In this document: positions 11,006 to 24,241 of the stretch, in pieces
How the letters are laid out: every line of letters begins with the position of its first letter
How positions within the stretch are numbered: position 1 is the first letter of the stretch
From: Podarcis tiliguerta
Taxonomy: Eukaryota
DNA length: 64,000 bases
Reading direction: 5' to 3' (one strand)
Assembly: GCA_965153285.1 (NCBI GenBank)
Contig: OZ229110.1
The notes under the pieces: generated by a model
What the model was told of the DNA's origin: nothing
Seen by the model: only the letters and a program-made list of their open reading frames with translations
Database searches by the model: none
Program-made: the position numbers and the translations under genes

Positions 11006-14000
11006 GCACACTTTACATGTGACACAATGCTCACTTACATGGTATTTTGGCAAGCGTAAAAGGTTTCTCAGGCCTTCAGCCATGAAGCTCCTTTGGTGGC
11101 ACTGAGCAATTTCCAGCCTCTGAGGAAACCTACATTGCAGTGTTTTCAGGATAGAATGAGATAAACATCATGGATGAGGTTCTTTCTTCAAGTGAGGGCT
11201 ACAAATATTACATTGCCAATGACTGCAACTGGCCCACAAATTCTATGCCTGCCACCTGAGGCCCATCAAGCTGTGCCCTTGCTGTTCTTCTTCTCACTGG
11301 GGAAAGCAGAGAAGCTAGCAAGGGTTTCTGAGGGTAGCACCATCTGAAGTAACCAGCTTCTGATCAGGAAGAAAACATGTGGAAAAGGAATGGGCATAAG
11401 CTTAGGGGTGGGGAAAATCCACAGAAAAATTCGCAGAAAAATAGAGCATGTGAGCTCATTTTTGTTTTGATACTTGAATGTGGAGAATTGTAGGTTTAGT
11501 TAATTTTGGCATGTTTATTGTGGAAAATGGGATTTACATCGCTAGTGTTCTGGAATAGTTGTTCAAGGTTTTCTTCTTTGCTTTTATAGCTGATCTGACC
11601 TTGGTGGGGGTGGGGTTACTGTATATACTCTTAACACTTGCTTCTCAGAAGTGTTTATTGGCACCATAAACACTCTGGTTTGCAAAGTTTGCCTTGGGTA
11701 GAAAGCATTTCTTATGGAGACACTGAGGTTAATCCTTCTTCTAAACATTTGTGCTGGATTTAGAACAGGCAAGGCTTTGGAAAACGCATTCATATTCTTC
11801 GTTTTGTTGGGAAACCATGTGGTTTGTGAAGCGCATCTTGAACTACGCTGTTCATTTTATTTGAGCACCAGGTCTGGTCCAGTACAGGCACTGCTGAAAT
11901 GATTACAGCTAGGTTAAGATATCAACTTTAATTGGATCAATGTGTTGGTGGTGGGAATACAGTCACACGCACACACAAAATTAAAAAATATTTTAAAGAT
12001 GTCACATAATCTAGAAGCTGTGTAAAAAGAAATATGCTATATGGCCATCAGTTATCAGACACATTCGTGTGTATTTCATGATGGCATCATTAGCGATGGC
12101 TGCAATGTACAAAAAATAATAATTACCATTTTTTAAACTCCCTTTATTCAGTCCAGACATTTACTTGAGAATGAAAGATTTTGGTATCGGAGGCTCCAGG
12201 GAAATGTTGGCAGTGGAAAAACTAACCTACACCAGATGGCAGAGGCCAAAGAAATACTATAAAATATGGCTTCCATTCTTACAGTTCTCAGACAAGCAGA
12301 ACCCCAAGCACAGAAAACCTGTGAAAGCGGCAAACCTTTTCTTTTGCTTACATTTCCCTTTGCTACTTAGCAAACCTGAGAGGTATTGTATCATCACATA
12401 TCAAGAAAATAATATGCCAGGCTGTTGAAACAGGTGGAAAATGTTTATTTGCAACAACACACTGCTAAAAAAAAGGGAGAACCAAACACACGGCTGTGGC
12501 TGTCCATGGCTGCCTATCCACAGATATCTGACTGTTGCCAGTTTGGATCAGGCAGAACACAGCATAAATTGTCAAATGCAGTGGGGAAAGTAGCCTTAAT
12601 TCCCACTCTTTTGCCATGGAATTGCTTACGCACGGCCACACGTCTTGCACACCTGGTTAATGAAAAATCCAATCCAAAAGTGCCTGTTCTACAAAGAACA
12701 AAACTGAGGGCTTGTAACCATAAATTCAGAAAGAATATTTATCCTTCCGTCGTTTCCTTTTAGTAGACCAGGGAGGAATATTGCCCAAATAGAAAAGCAA
12801 AGCATTCTCATATAGGTAATTTTGTAGGCGAGTTCCTAAATGGATTTATTTATTTATTTCATGAAATTTATACACCGTTTTATTGTGTAAAAAAAAACAA
12901 CACACAAAACCTTCAAAGTGGTTTACAAGGAAATTTAAACAATAAGAAAATTAGCAGCAATAATTTGGATCAATAATCCAAAAGCAATTATGATAATAAA
13001 GATAATTTACATTGTGTGGTATTCAACTAAATGTTATTCTGAGTAGATCCGTGGAAATTAATTAACATGACTAATTTAGATCCATTAATTTCCATGGGTC
13101 TACTCTAAGTAAAACTTGAATTCCACCCATTAAAACCCAACTTACAGAGCCCAGGCCAGGAATGTTTTCTCTGCCTTTAATTTCCCCCTCCTCTCCATTA
13201 ATCCATGGAGAATTCCCCATTTAAAATCTGATTGCAAGAGACAAATTGTGTTGTTATTTCAGTTCACTCTTATTCAATCTTTTCCTTTTCCTTTTTTAAA
13301 AAATGGTGCAATTTTGGGTGTGAATGCAAAAGCCCCTTTTTATGGTTAAAGTCAGCATTAGCATTCCACCGCTTATTGCTAGGCAACGTTCAGGGATGCA
13401 AATTCATCACTTCTTCTGCATAGTGCAACTTTCGATTTCACCTCCAACTGTAAAAATGTAGTCTGCTATCCATTATATGCCACTATGGTTGGATGACATC
13501 CCAGGAAAGCTCTGACTACTACTGGCAGAGAAAGAGTCACTGGCATGGGGCACAAGCAGCTTTCGAAATTTTAAGCCCTGGCACATCACTAATTGTTAAA
13601 TGCACTATCCCACCCACACCCCACACCCCAGACTCAGATTTTGTGAATCTTGCCTTCTGATTGCCTTTTAGATAGCTCTCAGAAATGCAGCTCCCTGTGA
13701 GGCAAATCTTCCTACAAAACGAAGGACGTAAAATTAAAAGCAGATTCCTGACAACTCAGTTTCGAATTCAGGCTGACAACTTGCCTGCCTTCCCATTCTA
13801 CCTCATAAAGAATCAGAAGTATACTGGCCCATCATCACTTTGTGCAAATTTTGATTTGGAAAAAACAAAACTAAAACCTCAAGCGATTCTTCTTCTAAAT
13901 CAGCATTCGGATAGGAGGCGTTTACACACGTTAGACACATAGTGAATGTAAACGTTATACAAACTAAGCAACTTGGTTTGCATTGTCCATGTTCCTTCCC

Positions 14001-14737
14001 CATAAACAAGGATAAGATGCTGATACATATACCACGAGAAATGGTCAAGGGTAATGTTCCGAGTACATGGTTTAGCCGTAGACACACATGTGTGTGTGAC
14101 ATTAGATTGAATACGGGGCTTTTAAAAATGTAGGTTTTGCTCACCTACGGGTAGCTTTGATCAGAATTACTATTTCTTTTTCAGATTCTTGTTTCCTGTT
14201 AGTAAAACAGGTATATCCTCATGCCCGGCCTCGCAATGTCATTGCTTAGCACTGCTAAAAGTAAGCTTTTTAAACATTACAACAAAGAACTATGGAATCA
14301 GACTCTTCATCCAGCTATTACCTGACTACCAAGACCCTTTCATTTGTGTGTGTCTGTGTGTCATGTTTTAAGATCTGTAAAGAGAATAGATTTTTCTTGT
14401 ATCTCAAATGAAGCAGATGCCATTCCTTAAAAAAAAAAAATCCTTCTAACCACTGCTGATTGAAAATGTCTCTTCAAATGTCTTGGAACAAATTCATAAT
14501 TTTATTTTAATTATTAGAAAGATGCCAAGAAGCTAGGCGTGTTAATAGTGATTCAGACTTTGCATGCATTTCCCCAATGCGCTGAAACAAAAGGCGTTTC
14601 TTTTAAGAGTGTGAATGAGCTGTGGCATGCACATGTTCTTTTAAGAAAGGCCAAGGGTGCAGTTCTATTTTCTTAGCTCTGCTTTCATATTTATGCGTCT
14701 CATTTCCAGCTCATTGCTGATGCCTCCGTTGCGCTAT

Positions 14738-14957
14738 NNNNNNNNNNNNNNNNNNNNNNNNNNNNNNNNNNNNNNNNNNNNNNNNNNNNNNNNNNNNNNN
14801 NNNNNNNNNNNNNNNNNNNNNNNNNNNNNNNNNNNNNNNNNNNNNNNNNNNNNNNNNNNNNNNNNNNNNNNNNNNNNNNNNNNNNNNNNNNNNNNNNNNN
14901 NNNNNNNNNNNNNNNNNNNNNNNNNNNNNNNNNNNNNNNNNNNNNNNNNNNNNNNNN
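14738..14957. other. Assembly gap (220 N)
   Basis: Run of N. Confidence 1.
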
Positions 14958-16039
14958 ACAACAAATATTCCTGCCATTGATGTAACACAAACTCGAAATG
15001 AGGGTTACAAATGTACAAAGCTTTGCATGTTTGCTGCCTTTAAGAGGTTTTAAGGCCGGCTGCCCATTGAAGGATGTGGAAAAAACAAAATGAGAGTGTT
15101 GTGCTTGGTGTTGCAATTCCCCAAGCGAGAGAAAGGAGAGGCTGCCTTGGCTCCATTACATATCATTATTCCATGATATGAAACCATTTCCAAAGCTCAA
15201 ATTGCCCTCACAGCTCCCTCAGTTACACACAATTTATTGTCCAAATACTTGCCATTTTTACATCAAGTATTAATTGTATTTTGTTTGGATTTGTGTCAGA
15301 GCTTTAGTGATATGCTATATCCACAGTTTCCTTTCCCCTGTCCTTCCCCATGAAATGCATTTTGGGTAATATTTTAGGCTTTATTTATGAACTTTGGTCA
15401 AATGCTGAAATTTAGAGAAGAAATTGCTTATTACTGACTTAACAGTGCTTGAACTTTAAAGCTATTGCAGTGTAACTTGACCTTTTTGTGGCATTTCACC
15501 TGTTTTCTTCTCCCTTTCCTGCTAAGCAGCAGTATATCAATAATTTACAAAAGGAACAATTAAATTAGGATTAAATAAGTCATAGGCAAATATAAGGCCA
15601 ATGTGCTTCAAACATCAATTTCTTTTGCTAAAGCAGCCCATCGTCCCTGATCATTGGCTATGCTGGCTGGGGCTGATAGGAACAGGGGTCTGAGGACACC
15701 AGATTGTGGAAGACCTAATTCATGAATTTGCGAAGGGCTGAGATTTTCCAATAAATTGCTGAATGTTTAGACTCTTAAATGGATCTTAGTTGACAAATCT
15801 GAGGGTGTATAGAGATGGACAGCCATGGACTGCAAGAGTAGCCAACAACACAAGAGTTCTAAATAAACATGTAACCCACATCCACTATATCAATATCTAC
15901 TATCTACAAGTACTTCTCAATCCACAACCCAGCCAGTTTGGATGCCAATAAATATTGCTGCAGACATTTCTGAGATCATGGTCTTTCCAGCGAGTGGCTG
16001 GTTTATTAACTGTCCAGGTTTATTAATTGTCTTACTTTA

Positions 16040-16206
16040 AATGTTGTGAGGACCCTATGCCCTTTTAAAATGTGGGGTTTTGGGGGGTGGGAAGCTATTG
16101 GGTTTTTTATTATTATTATTATGTATTTTGTGGTTTTATATTTTGATTTTATTCTGTGAACCGCCCTGAGACCTCCAGGTATAGGGCGGTATATAAATTA
16201 TAATAA
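16040..16206 (+). mobile_element. L2-type 3' end
   Basis: ctgtgaaccgccctgagacc...gggcggtatataaattataataat. Same family as 59930-60550. Confidence 0.65.
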
Positions 16207-18163
16207 TGTTGATACAAACACAACTTTCCAATCAGAGATATAAAAACTGACAGAATGTCATTTTCAGCCATGCTCATATGGTAAAAACGGCAGCGGTCTT
16301 GTGTCCTGTTGCAGGTTATAACCTAACAGTACACGTGGTCTCATGTTTATTTCTGGAGGGATAGGACATTTGTATCCAACAGCAATGTTAATAAGCTATA
16401 ATTCTATTTGAATTGAACTTGACCATGCTTGACCATTTCAGGCTGCAGGTAGAAGTTTGTATGTTTCAGTGCTACTTCATCAAAAAAAAAAAAAGCTCTG
16501 TACTAAACAAGTAACATGCCAGGGGGTGAGGCTATGCTTTCGACATCCGATACTGTGTGAGAGCGTGTTTATACAGGGACACATTGAAACTCGGCAACCT
16601 CCCCTTGCAGTCGTAACCGCCTCAACCTAGGAAATGCTTTATCACAATTTTGCCTGCATGGATAACCTACCTAGCCCTTTCCCTGCAAACTGGTTTAAAG
16701 TAAAATCAGTTCCCTTTCCTTTACATTTAATGGAAATACTCTTACTATAGCTAAAAGGGTTTTTGTGTGAGAGAAATGCATTTCATGTTCTCCAGGCAAA
16801 TTAGAATTTTGTCTTTCATTTGGGTTGTCTGTACAAGATGCTTTTAAGCAACCATCCCAGTGGTTTCAGGCCCTATCACCTAATAATTGACCATGACAGG
16901 AGTTATATATCCAGAGCCAGCGGGAAGAATGAATTGTATATGTCAGGCTCAATTACAAGGTGGAAGACCCAGCAACAAAAAAGACTGAACTGATTAAAGC
17001 TTGATGTTGACAAGAGAGCTGACATATCAGAGTTATTTCCCGAAGATGCACTCTTCAGAATTCCCTCCCCGATGCCTCAGCAGTCAATATCCTGACCACT
17101 TTGTCTTCCCTTGTTGTTGTCTATCCAGCTGGCATGCCATATATTGTTCTGCTCAATAATTCTTGGCAAAGAAGATGTTCTCTGTCTCCAAGACAAACCT
17201 ATGCAAGAATGGCAAGAAAAGGATGCTAATGCTTTATTATGCTACAAAGAAGCCAAATAATTGGGCTGGGGAGGTGTGTTGCAACAGTTGCAAGGCTTTT
17301 TAGATTAATACAAATTAGAAAAACACATCCTGGCACATTTGAGAAGAATGGATTAATGGATGTTCTCATCATTTTATTGGCTAATCCTAGCGTGTATATT
17401 TAAGATGAAAGAATAGTCATGATTTTTCCATTCAAGTGATAAAATTGCTTTGTGAAAGCCACTTCCTGCATGCTAAAATCTCAATGAAAAATGATTGTTT
17501 TCGAAAATCTTTCTGGCAATTTGAGTCACATTAGCTTCCAATTCTTAACACATGAGGAACTGTTTGTCCACAAAATTTATGAGGTGTCTTGGGTCAGTAG
17601 CGTTCCTCTTGCAAATAGTTCATGGCATCCTTGTTTGAACCCATTGACTCAAGTGAGTTAAAGGGTTGTTATTTTATTTTATAATTTTATGCACCACTTT
17701 TCACGAAAAAAGCAAAAGCAAAAGTTAGCTGGGTCAATTACCAGAAAGCTCTTTCCCGTGCACAGAATGAGTTAGCATCTTCCCTTCCAGCTACACCCTC
17801 TTTTGCAATACCAAAGCTAACTCCACATATTTCTGCAATTCTCAGAAACAGCTCTTCAGAGCGCATGAAAGGCTGCATTGGGGAGAGTGTGTGTAGTTTG
17901 CTTGGAAAACATACGTAACCCTTCAGATCTCAGTCTATCATAGCAAACCTACAAGTGATCACATACCAATTCATTAGCAGGCAGAATTTATCTTCCTGGG
18001 GAAAAGAGCTCCATTTTGTAACACATAAGGTAGAGTCTGTGGCACATCGCTGCACTATGCTAGCTTGGTTTATTTTATACTAACTGGTTTCTCAGTGCTC
18101 ATCATCCTGACCTGTACCTATAGGCTCACATGCTTCCTTGTTAATGCTGTTGATATTATTCTT

Positions 18164-18765
18164 GAGACACCATACATTTAAAGCACTTTAACAGTCATGA
18201 CTTTGCCCAAAGAATCCTAGGAACTATAGCTTGCTAAGGGTGCTGAGAATTGTTAAAAGACCTCTCAGAGAGCTATGATTCCCAACATCCTTAACCAGCT
18301 ACAGTTCCCAGGATTCTTTGGGGGAAGCCATGACTGTTAAAGTGGTATTACCGTGCTTTGAAGGGACGCGGGTGGCGCTGTGGGTTAAAGCCTCAGTGCC
18401 TAGGGCTTGCCGATCAAGAGGTCGGCGGTTCGAATCCCTGTGGCGGGGTGTGCTCCCGTTGTTCGGTCCCAGCGCCTGCCAATCTAGCAGTTCGAAAGCA
18501 CTCTTGGGTGCAAGTAGATAAATAGGGACCGCTTACTAGCGGGAAGGTAAACGGCGTTTCCATGTGCGGCTCTGGCTCGCCAGAGCAGCGATGTCACGCT
18601 GGCCACGTGACCCGGAAGTGTCTTCGGACAGCGCTGGCCCTCGGCCTCTTTGAGTGAGATGGGCGCACAACCCTAGAGTCTGTCAAGACTGGCCCGTACG
18701 GGCAGGGGTACCTTTACCTTTACCTTTACCTTACCATGCTTTGAATGTATGATATGGATAGGGCC
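18164..18765. mobile_element. Palindromic (Harbinger-like) MITE interrupted by a Sauria SINE
   Basis: Arms catacatttaaagca...aaagaatcctaggaactatag and ctacagttcccaggattcttt...tgctttgaatgtatg. Same family as ~2410-2620, 26297-26473 and 30286-30536. Confidence 0.7.
18363..18730 (+). mobile_element. Sauria SINE (subfamily A), full length
   Basis: gggacgcgggtggcgctgtggg...(acctt t)n tail. TSD ttacc[g/a]tgctttgaa at 18348-18362 and 18731-18745. Confidence 0.95.
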
Positions 18766-18885
18766 TTGATATGTGCCACTATTTAGTATGTATGATATGG
18801 ATAGGCCTTGATCGGTGCCACTATTTAGTATGTATGATATGGATAGGGCCTTGATCTGTGCCACTTGATCTGTGCCACTCTTTAG
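18746..18885 (+). repeat. Tandem repeat, ~43-bp unit x3
   Basis: Unit tgtatgatatggatagggccttgatatgtgccactatttagta, plus a terminal short sub-duplication. Confidence 0.9.
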
Positions 18886-18989
18886 CTCCAGAACCAACAT
18901 GCCCCACCACCAATATCCTAAGTTCAACCATAGATATTCATGGGTTACACACGGCACTGTTCTAGTTGTGAAAAATATATATATCAGTA

Positions 18990-19231
18990 CAGTGGTACCT
19001 CGGGTTACATACGCTTCAGGTTACATACGCTTCAGGTTACAGACTCCGCTAACCCAGAAATAGTGCTTCAGGTTAAGAATTTTGCTTCAGGATAAGAACA
19101 GAAATCGTGCTCTGGTGGCGCGGCGGCAGCAGGAGGCCCCATTAGCTAAAGTGGTGCTTCAGGTTAAGAAAAGTTTCAGGTTAAGAACGGACCTCTGGAA
19201 TGAATTAAGTACTTAACCCGAGGTACCACTG
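18990..19231 (+). mobile_element. Tc1/mariner (pogo/Tigger-like) MITE, family 1
   Basis: TA|cagtggtacctcgggtta...taacccgaggtaccactg|TA. TIRs and TA TSD. Confidence 0.93.
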
Positions 19232-19404
19232 TAGCTGGTATCTTCTTCTTAACTTAGAATCACAGCAGAGTGTGGAGTGAAGACATGAGTGTTCCTAAGC
19301 TTGAGCAGAGAAGAGTCAGCCTCTAAGGAAGTAAAATAAAATAAAGCAAAACCAGTTTTTTAAAATGTCACTAAATCACACGTGCATTCATTTTTTCCCA
19401 ACAC

Positions 19405-19795
19405 TAGCAGCATATTGGCATCTATCTGTCTTGGGAGACAATGAAGGAGTATGCCTTTGTGGTTGTGCGTGAAGTCAAAACATGGAGAGTTACAATGCCT
19501 GCTGTGGCTCTAGAGAGTCGGGGCAAGAACACAGCCCTGTTTCACACTGTTCTTTATAGTGAAGGTGTCCAAGGATGAGCCGTTATACTGGATGGTGCTG
19601 TGCATGTCCTTGTGGAAGGATCATCTTGTGAAGCTTAGGTGGGCATCCGACCTGGCTGAGCAGTCTGTGTCCTTTTCAGCTGAGAAGGTCAAAGGCCATC
19701 ATCTGATCTATGAAGGTGATGTACAAAGGGTACCTCTGCTCTTAGCAGACCTCCTGAAGCTGGTACAATGAGAAAATCATGTCAACTGTGGACCC
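19405..19795 (-). mobile_element. Degraded RTE-clade LINE fragment
   Basis: The minus strand of ~19690-19795 encodes a degenerate STVDMIFSL.QLQE...PLYITFID...AFDL reverse-transcriptase segment. Confidence 0.6.
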
Positions 19796-19850
19796 CTGAG
19801 CTCTAAAGCCACATTAACTTGTGATAGACTTTGTCAGCGAGTGACTGTAA

Positions 19851-20212
19851 GGTAAAGGTAAAGGTACCCCTGCCCGTACGGGCCAGTCTTGACAGACTCT
19901 AGGGTTGTGCGCCCATCTCACTCAAAGAGGCCAAGGGCCAGCGCTGTCCGAAGACACTTCCAGGTCACGTGGCCAGCGTGACATCGCTGCTCTGGCGAGC
20001 CAGAGCCGCACACGGAAACGCCGTTTACCTTCCCGCTAGTAAGCGGTCCCTATTTATCTACTTGCACCCAGGGGTGCTTTCGAACTGCTAGGTTGGCAGG
20101 CGCTGGGACCGAACAGCGGGAGCGCACCCCGCCGCGGGGATTCGAACCGCCGACCTTTCGATCGGCAAGCCCTAGGCACTGAGGCTTTAACCCACAGCGC
20201 CACCCGCGTCCC
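19851..20212 (-). mobile_element. Sauria SINE (subfamily A), full length
   Basis: 15-bp TSD agcgagtgactgtaa at 19836-19850 and 20214-20228. Confidence 0.95.
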
Positions 20213-20314
20213 TAGCGAGTGACTGTAATAACTATCAAATACATGACTTTTGACATTCATATAAATACATATTATATTGGATCAGAGTACTGGTCCACTG
20301 TATATTGTCTGCTT

Positions 20315-20440
20315 CAGGAGTGGGAAACCTGTGGCCCTCCAAATGCTCTACAACCCCCATCATCTCTGAGCGTGGGCTATGTTGACTGGGACTGATGGGA
20401 GTTGGAGACCTCTGGAGGGCCATGTGCTCCCTATCCCTGG
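20315..20440. mobile_element. Short hAT-like MITE
   Basis: caggagtgggaaacctgtggccctcc...ctctggagggcca internal palindrome. Relatives at ~31581-31700, 38415-38545, 39955-40065, 58275-58385 and 62710-62860. Confidence 0.55.
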
Positions 20441-21975
20441 TCCACCTTGATTGGCAACAGCCAACCAAGATCTCAAGAGGCCGCTCTTTTTCAGGTCTTC
20501 TACTCAAGATCCTTCAACAGGAAATACCAGGGACTGGAGCTTGGACCATCTTCATGCAAACCATGTACTCCAGCACTGAGCCACGGGCTCTTTCTCTATG
20601 CAGATTCTTAACTGCAAACATCCAGCCCACGAATGGAGGGTTTCCCTTGAGCAAAGGGAGACCAATAACAACTGTACATCTGTTGCATTCAAATATTGTC
20701 AGAAAGGCTTTGCCTATTCAGCAAGCTCTGGCATTGCTCGACAAGATGTTTCCAAGGTTATTTCTTCTAGCCACTCCATTCTGTCACTTTCAGGTCACAC
20801 CTGTCAGGGCAAAGAGTAAATCAAGTCTAAGTTGTATGCCTTCAGTTTCTTCTGTTCTATTAAGATACTGAAAAATGACGGGCAGATTACAGCTAAAAAT
20901 AAATGTGAAAGGATGTATAAGAGAATGCAACCAAACTAGAAGACAGAAAATAACTTCTGTATTAGGTACTATTTTAGGCAATAATATTAATAGCAGAGCC
21001 TCTAAGGAAGGAAAACAACACTTTTTTGTTTTTAGTTTTGCTGAAACTAATGTTGCTAAGGAAGAATATGTTGCAAAAAGACTGATCTGTCGAAACCTGC
21101 ATTACAAAGCCTTTATAAAATAACCACTTTTATGGACTTCCAAAGAGGATCACAAATAACTTGTTTACAATATTCTTTTTAGGCTTCTCCCACGCTGTTC
21201 TAATCATGTTAGCCCATCAGGTTTAAAATATTTGTCCTTGTTTGTAGACTATCATAAATAAAAATACCCGTGTAGTGCTTCTCCATTAAATCAAGTCAGA
21301 GTCATTAATACATTTTCCCCAAACAATTGTGTGGATGATTGCAGCTCAAATAACAACTCAGTGTACATTTTTAAGTGTTTTTAAAACAAGTGTCACATTT
21401 TTACGGTGTTTCTGAGTGGGTGATTATTTCCCATCAGCAGGCTTTACTAAGCATTTTATGTCTGAAACTTCTACATATCCTCTGGACTTAGTGCTTTAAT
21501 TAAGAACACGCCTGCATTGCTTCTTTTCACAGCTATAATAGCAAAAAGTTACAATCTTTCCCTCTGGACAATCACGAGCTTTCATAGTATGCAATCTGAT
21601 TTGGATCATCCACTTTATTTGGAAGATCCTAAGAATTATGGGAATAATCCTGATTATTATATGAATATTTGTATTTCTATAATAACTACCACCACTGTTA
21701 TTTCCATTTCTTATCTGCTATGCTTTATACTAAAAAAAAAAAGTCTTGTGACCTGCTGTATAAAATACAAACAGTATTATCTATATTTATATATGAATTA
21801 ATAACAGGAAACCAGCAATGTTTCAATCCAATTCAAAAAGCAATATCAACACTCCATGAAAAAAATACATATAGCATAAACAGGACAAGCCTAACCCAAT
21901 CTAAATGCCCAGCAGAATGTAAGAATGGTAAGTATTAAATGTGTGTGGGGAAAGGAAAGCCCTTTGGTGCCAGGC

Positions 21976-22024
<49 letters not shown>

Positions 22025-22130
22025 CCCGCCCATCTGGCCAGGCCTCCCCAGCCACTCTGGGCGACTTCCAACAAAATATTAAAATACAGTAATGCATCGA
22101 ACATTAAAAGCTTCCATCTGAATGACTGCA
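21976..22130 (-). mobile_element. L2-type 3' end with (AAT)n tail
   Basis: tataccccgcccatctggcc...ccagccactctgggcgacttcc. Relatives at ~9905-9990 (-) and 32270-32465 (+). Confidence 0.7.
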
Positions 22131-22375
22131 GGTTCCACACTCAGGCAACCAAATAGTAGCTCTTAAGATGGCATTCTTCCACAGTGCCAGTCCTCTAATC
22201 TGCACATTTCTGTCACCCTGCATTTCTTATCCTGTGCCCCCGTCCACCGGGCATCAAAGTTCAGTTTTCGCTTTTCTTCTTCCTGTCTGCACAACACATT
22301 GGTCCGTACTAGTTTATCATGCTCAGAATTGGCCTTCAAATGTTGGGTTGTTCAGGTTCCACAGTTCTCCAAATA

Positions 22376-22618
22376 CAGTGGTATCTCTACTTACAGGCAC
22401 GATCCGTTCCAGGGTGCCGTTCGTACCCCAAAAAGTCCATAAGTAGAGTGCTGCTTCTGCGTGTGCATGTGCCGCAATAGTGCGCTTCTGCGCATGCGCA
22501 AAGTGTGCAGAATGCTTCTGCACGTGTGGCGAAACCCAGAAGTATACACTTCTGGGTTTGCCGCGTTTGCAACCCGAAAATCTGCAACATGAACCTAACG
22601 CAACTAGAGGTATGACTG
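22376..22618. mobile_element. Tc1/mariner MITE, family 2
   Basis: TA|cagtggtatctcta...tagaggtatgactg|TA. Related to 33876-34137. Confidence 0.8.
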
Positions 22619-23173
22619 TACTTTAAAACGATCCAAAGGCTTGCAGGCAGATTTATTCTTATATAAATCCATTCATTAAAAATCATTTTACTGGATTTAC
22701 TCCCCAATAAAAAAGGAGTGTCTTGCAGGCAATATAGACCATATTAGCACCACATGGAAGACATAGCAGCTGTATTTTTGTTACTTTTGTATTTTGGTGG
22801 TGAAGGACATAGGAGGGAATTAAGTGTGATGTCACAAATTCACCAAAATGCATACAGGCCATCTTTCTCTGCAGCTCCTTTGGAGAAGAGGCATTTGGGG
22901 AGATCTCTCCTAAGCAAGCTAATTCCAGGCTATTCACCTCCTGTCACTTGGCTACAAAAACTATAGCAGGACGTATATGTCACACACCTATAATTACAAT
23001 CAAAGCACTCAGTTATCTATGGACTAGTCTGAACAGCAGGGGATTGGAAATGACCTTTAGAGATTCTGTCCAACTCCATGATTCTAAGTACATAAGTACG
23101 GCTTCAAATATAGCTCTCTTCCTCTGACAACCAGAAGTTCCTAAAACTTTTATACTTCTGTACACATTAGATA

Positions 23174-23415
23174 CATATGGTACCTTGGTTTTTGAACGTT
23201 TCCATTGCCGAATGTTTCGGAACTTGAACATCGTAAACCTGGAAGTACATGCTTCGGTTTTTGAACACACCTCAGACGTCGAACATGCCACGCGGCTTCC
23301 GCTGAGTGCAAGATCCTGAGGCCTAGCTGTCGGCTATTGAGTTTTACTTTTTGAACGCTTCAGAACTTCAACAGTCTTCCGGAACAGATTACGTTCGAAA
23401 ACCAAGGTACCACTG
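23174..23415. mobile_element. Tc1/mariner MITE, family 3
   Basis: tggtaccttggtttttgaacg...cgttcgaaaaccaaggtaccactg|TA. Related to 61670-61901. Confidence 0.8.
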
Positions 23416-23992
23416 TACTTGTTTTCTCTCCTGCCTGGCAATTTCCTATTACATAAAGTAGCAGGGAGCCTAACTGGAGCTAGAGTCATTAAAACTGTGA
23501 AATGAGTAATATAGCATTTATTTATTTATATTAAAAGCGGGTTAGGTAATGGGTGTGAGGTGTTTAATTAGTGTTTATGTTGAAAGACTGTGTATCAGAC
23601 TTTTGAGAACATAATCAAGATCCATGTGTATTGAAATGTGTGGACCTACTTCTCAGCATCAGCAATGAGCATGTGAAGAGTTAATCTAGGTAAATGTCCT
23701 AAGTGTGTACAAGTCTTTAATCCTAGTCAAAGTGTTGATGAAGTCAGAGGAACTCCTTTGCTAGGTGATGCCAGAGGGTGGGGATTAACCATTAGTATTT
23801 CAAATGAACTGACTATTAGAATGCAAATGAATACCAGGTACCATGAGATGCTACCAGGAAGATTTTATGTGCCTGGAACACCAATATGGGCAGTAGAGCA
23901 AAAAGGATGCTGGTAATGCTGCTTTAAGGACAAGCTGGTGTGTTTTGGGGTGCTGCTGCTGTGCGCCCCTCCACTGAAGCCTAAAGGCTGTA

Positions 23993-24234
23993 CAGTGGTA
24001 CCTCGGGTTACAGACACTTCAGGTTACATACGCTTCAGGTTACAGACTCCGCTAACCCAGAAATAGTGCTTCAGGTTAAGAACTTTGCTTCAGGATAAGA
24101 ACAGAAATTGTGCTCCGGTGGCGCAGCAGCAGCAGGAGGCCCCATTAGCTAAAGTGGTGCTTCAGGTTAAGAACAGTTTCAAGTTAAGAACGGACCTCCA
24201 GAACGAATTAAGTACTTAACCCCAGGTACCACTG
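23993..24234 (+). mobile_element. Tc1/mariner MITE, family 1
   Basis: TIRs and TA TSD. Near-identical to the 18990 copy. Confidence 0.93.
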
Positions 24235-24241
24235 TATATAA

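Noticed and set aside
14657-15116. ORF-track entries with poly-X
   Set aside because: Artefacts of the N gap.
18363-18440. tRNA genes at SINE heads (also 24242, 50856, 51872, 54985, 1337)
   Set aside because: The A/B boxes continue into a SINE body and tail, mostly with TSDs. These are tRNA-derived heads, not tRNA genes.
18746-18885. CRISPR-like array
   Set aside because: Head-to-tail units with no unique spacers, no cas genes, and a vertebrate context.
20395-21123. 158-aa and adjacent ORFs
   Set aside because: They start within MITE/SINE remnants, with no homology or exon signals I can recognise.
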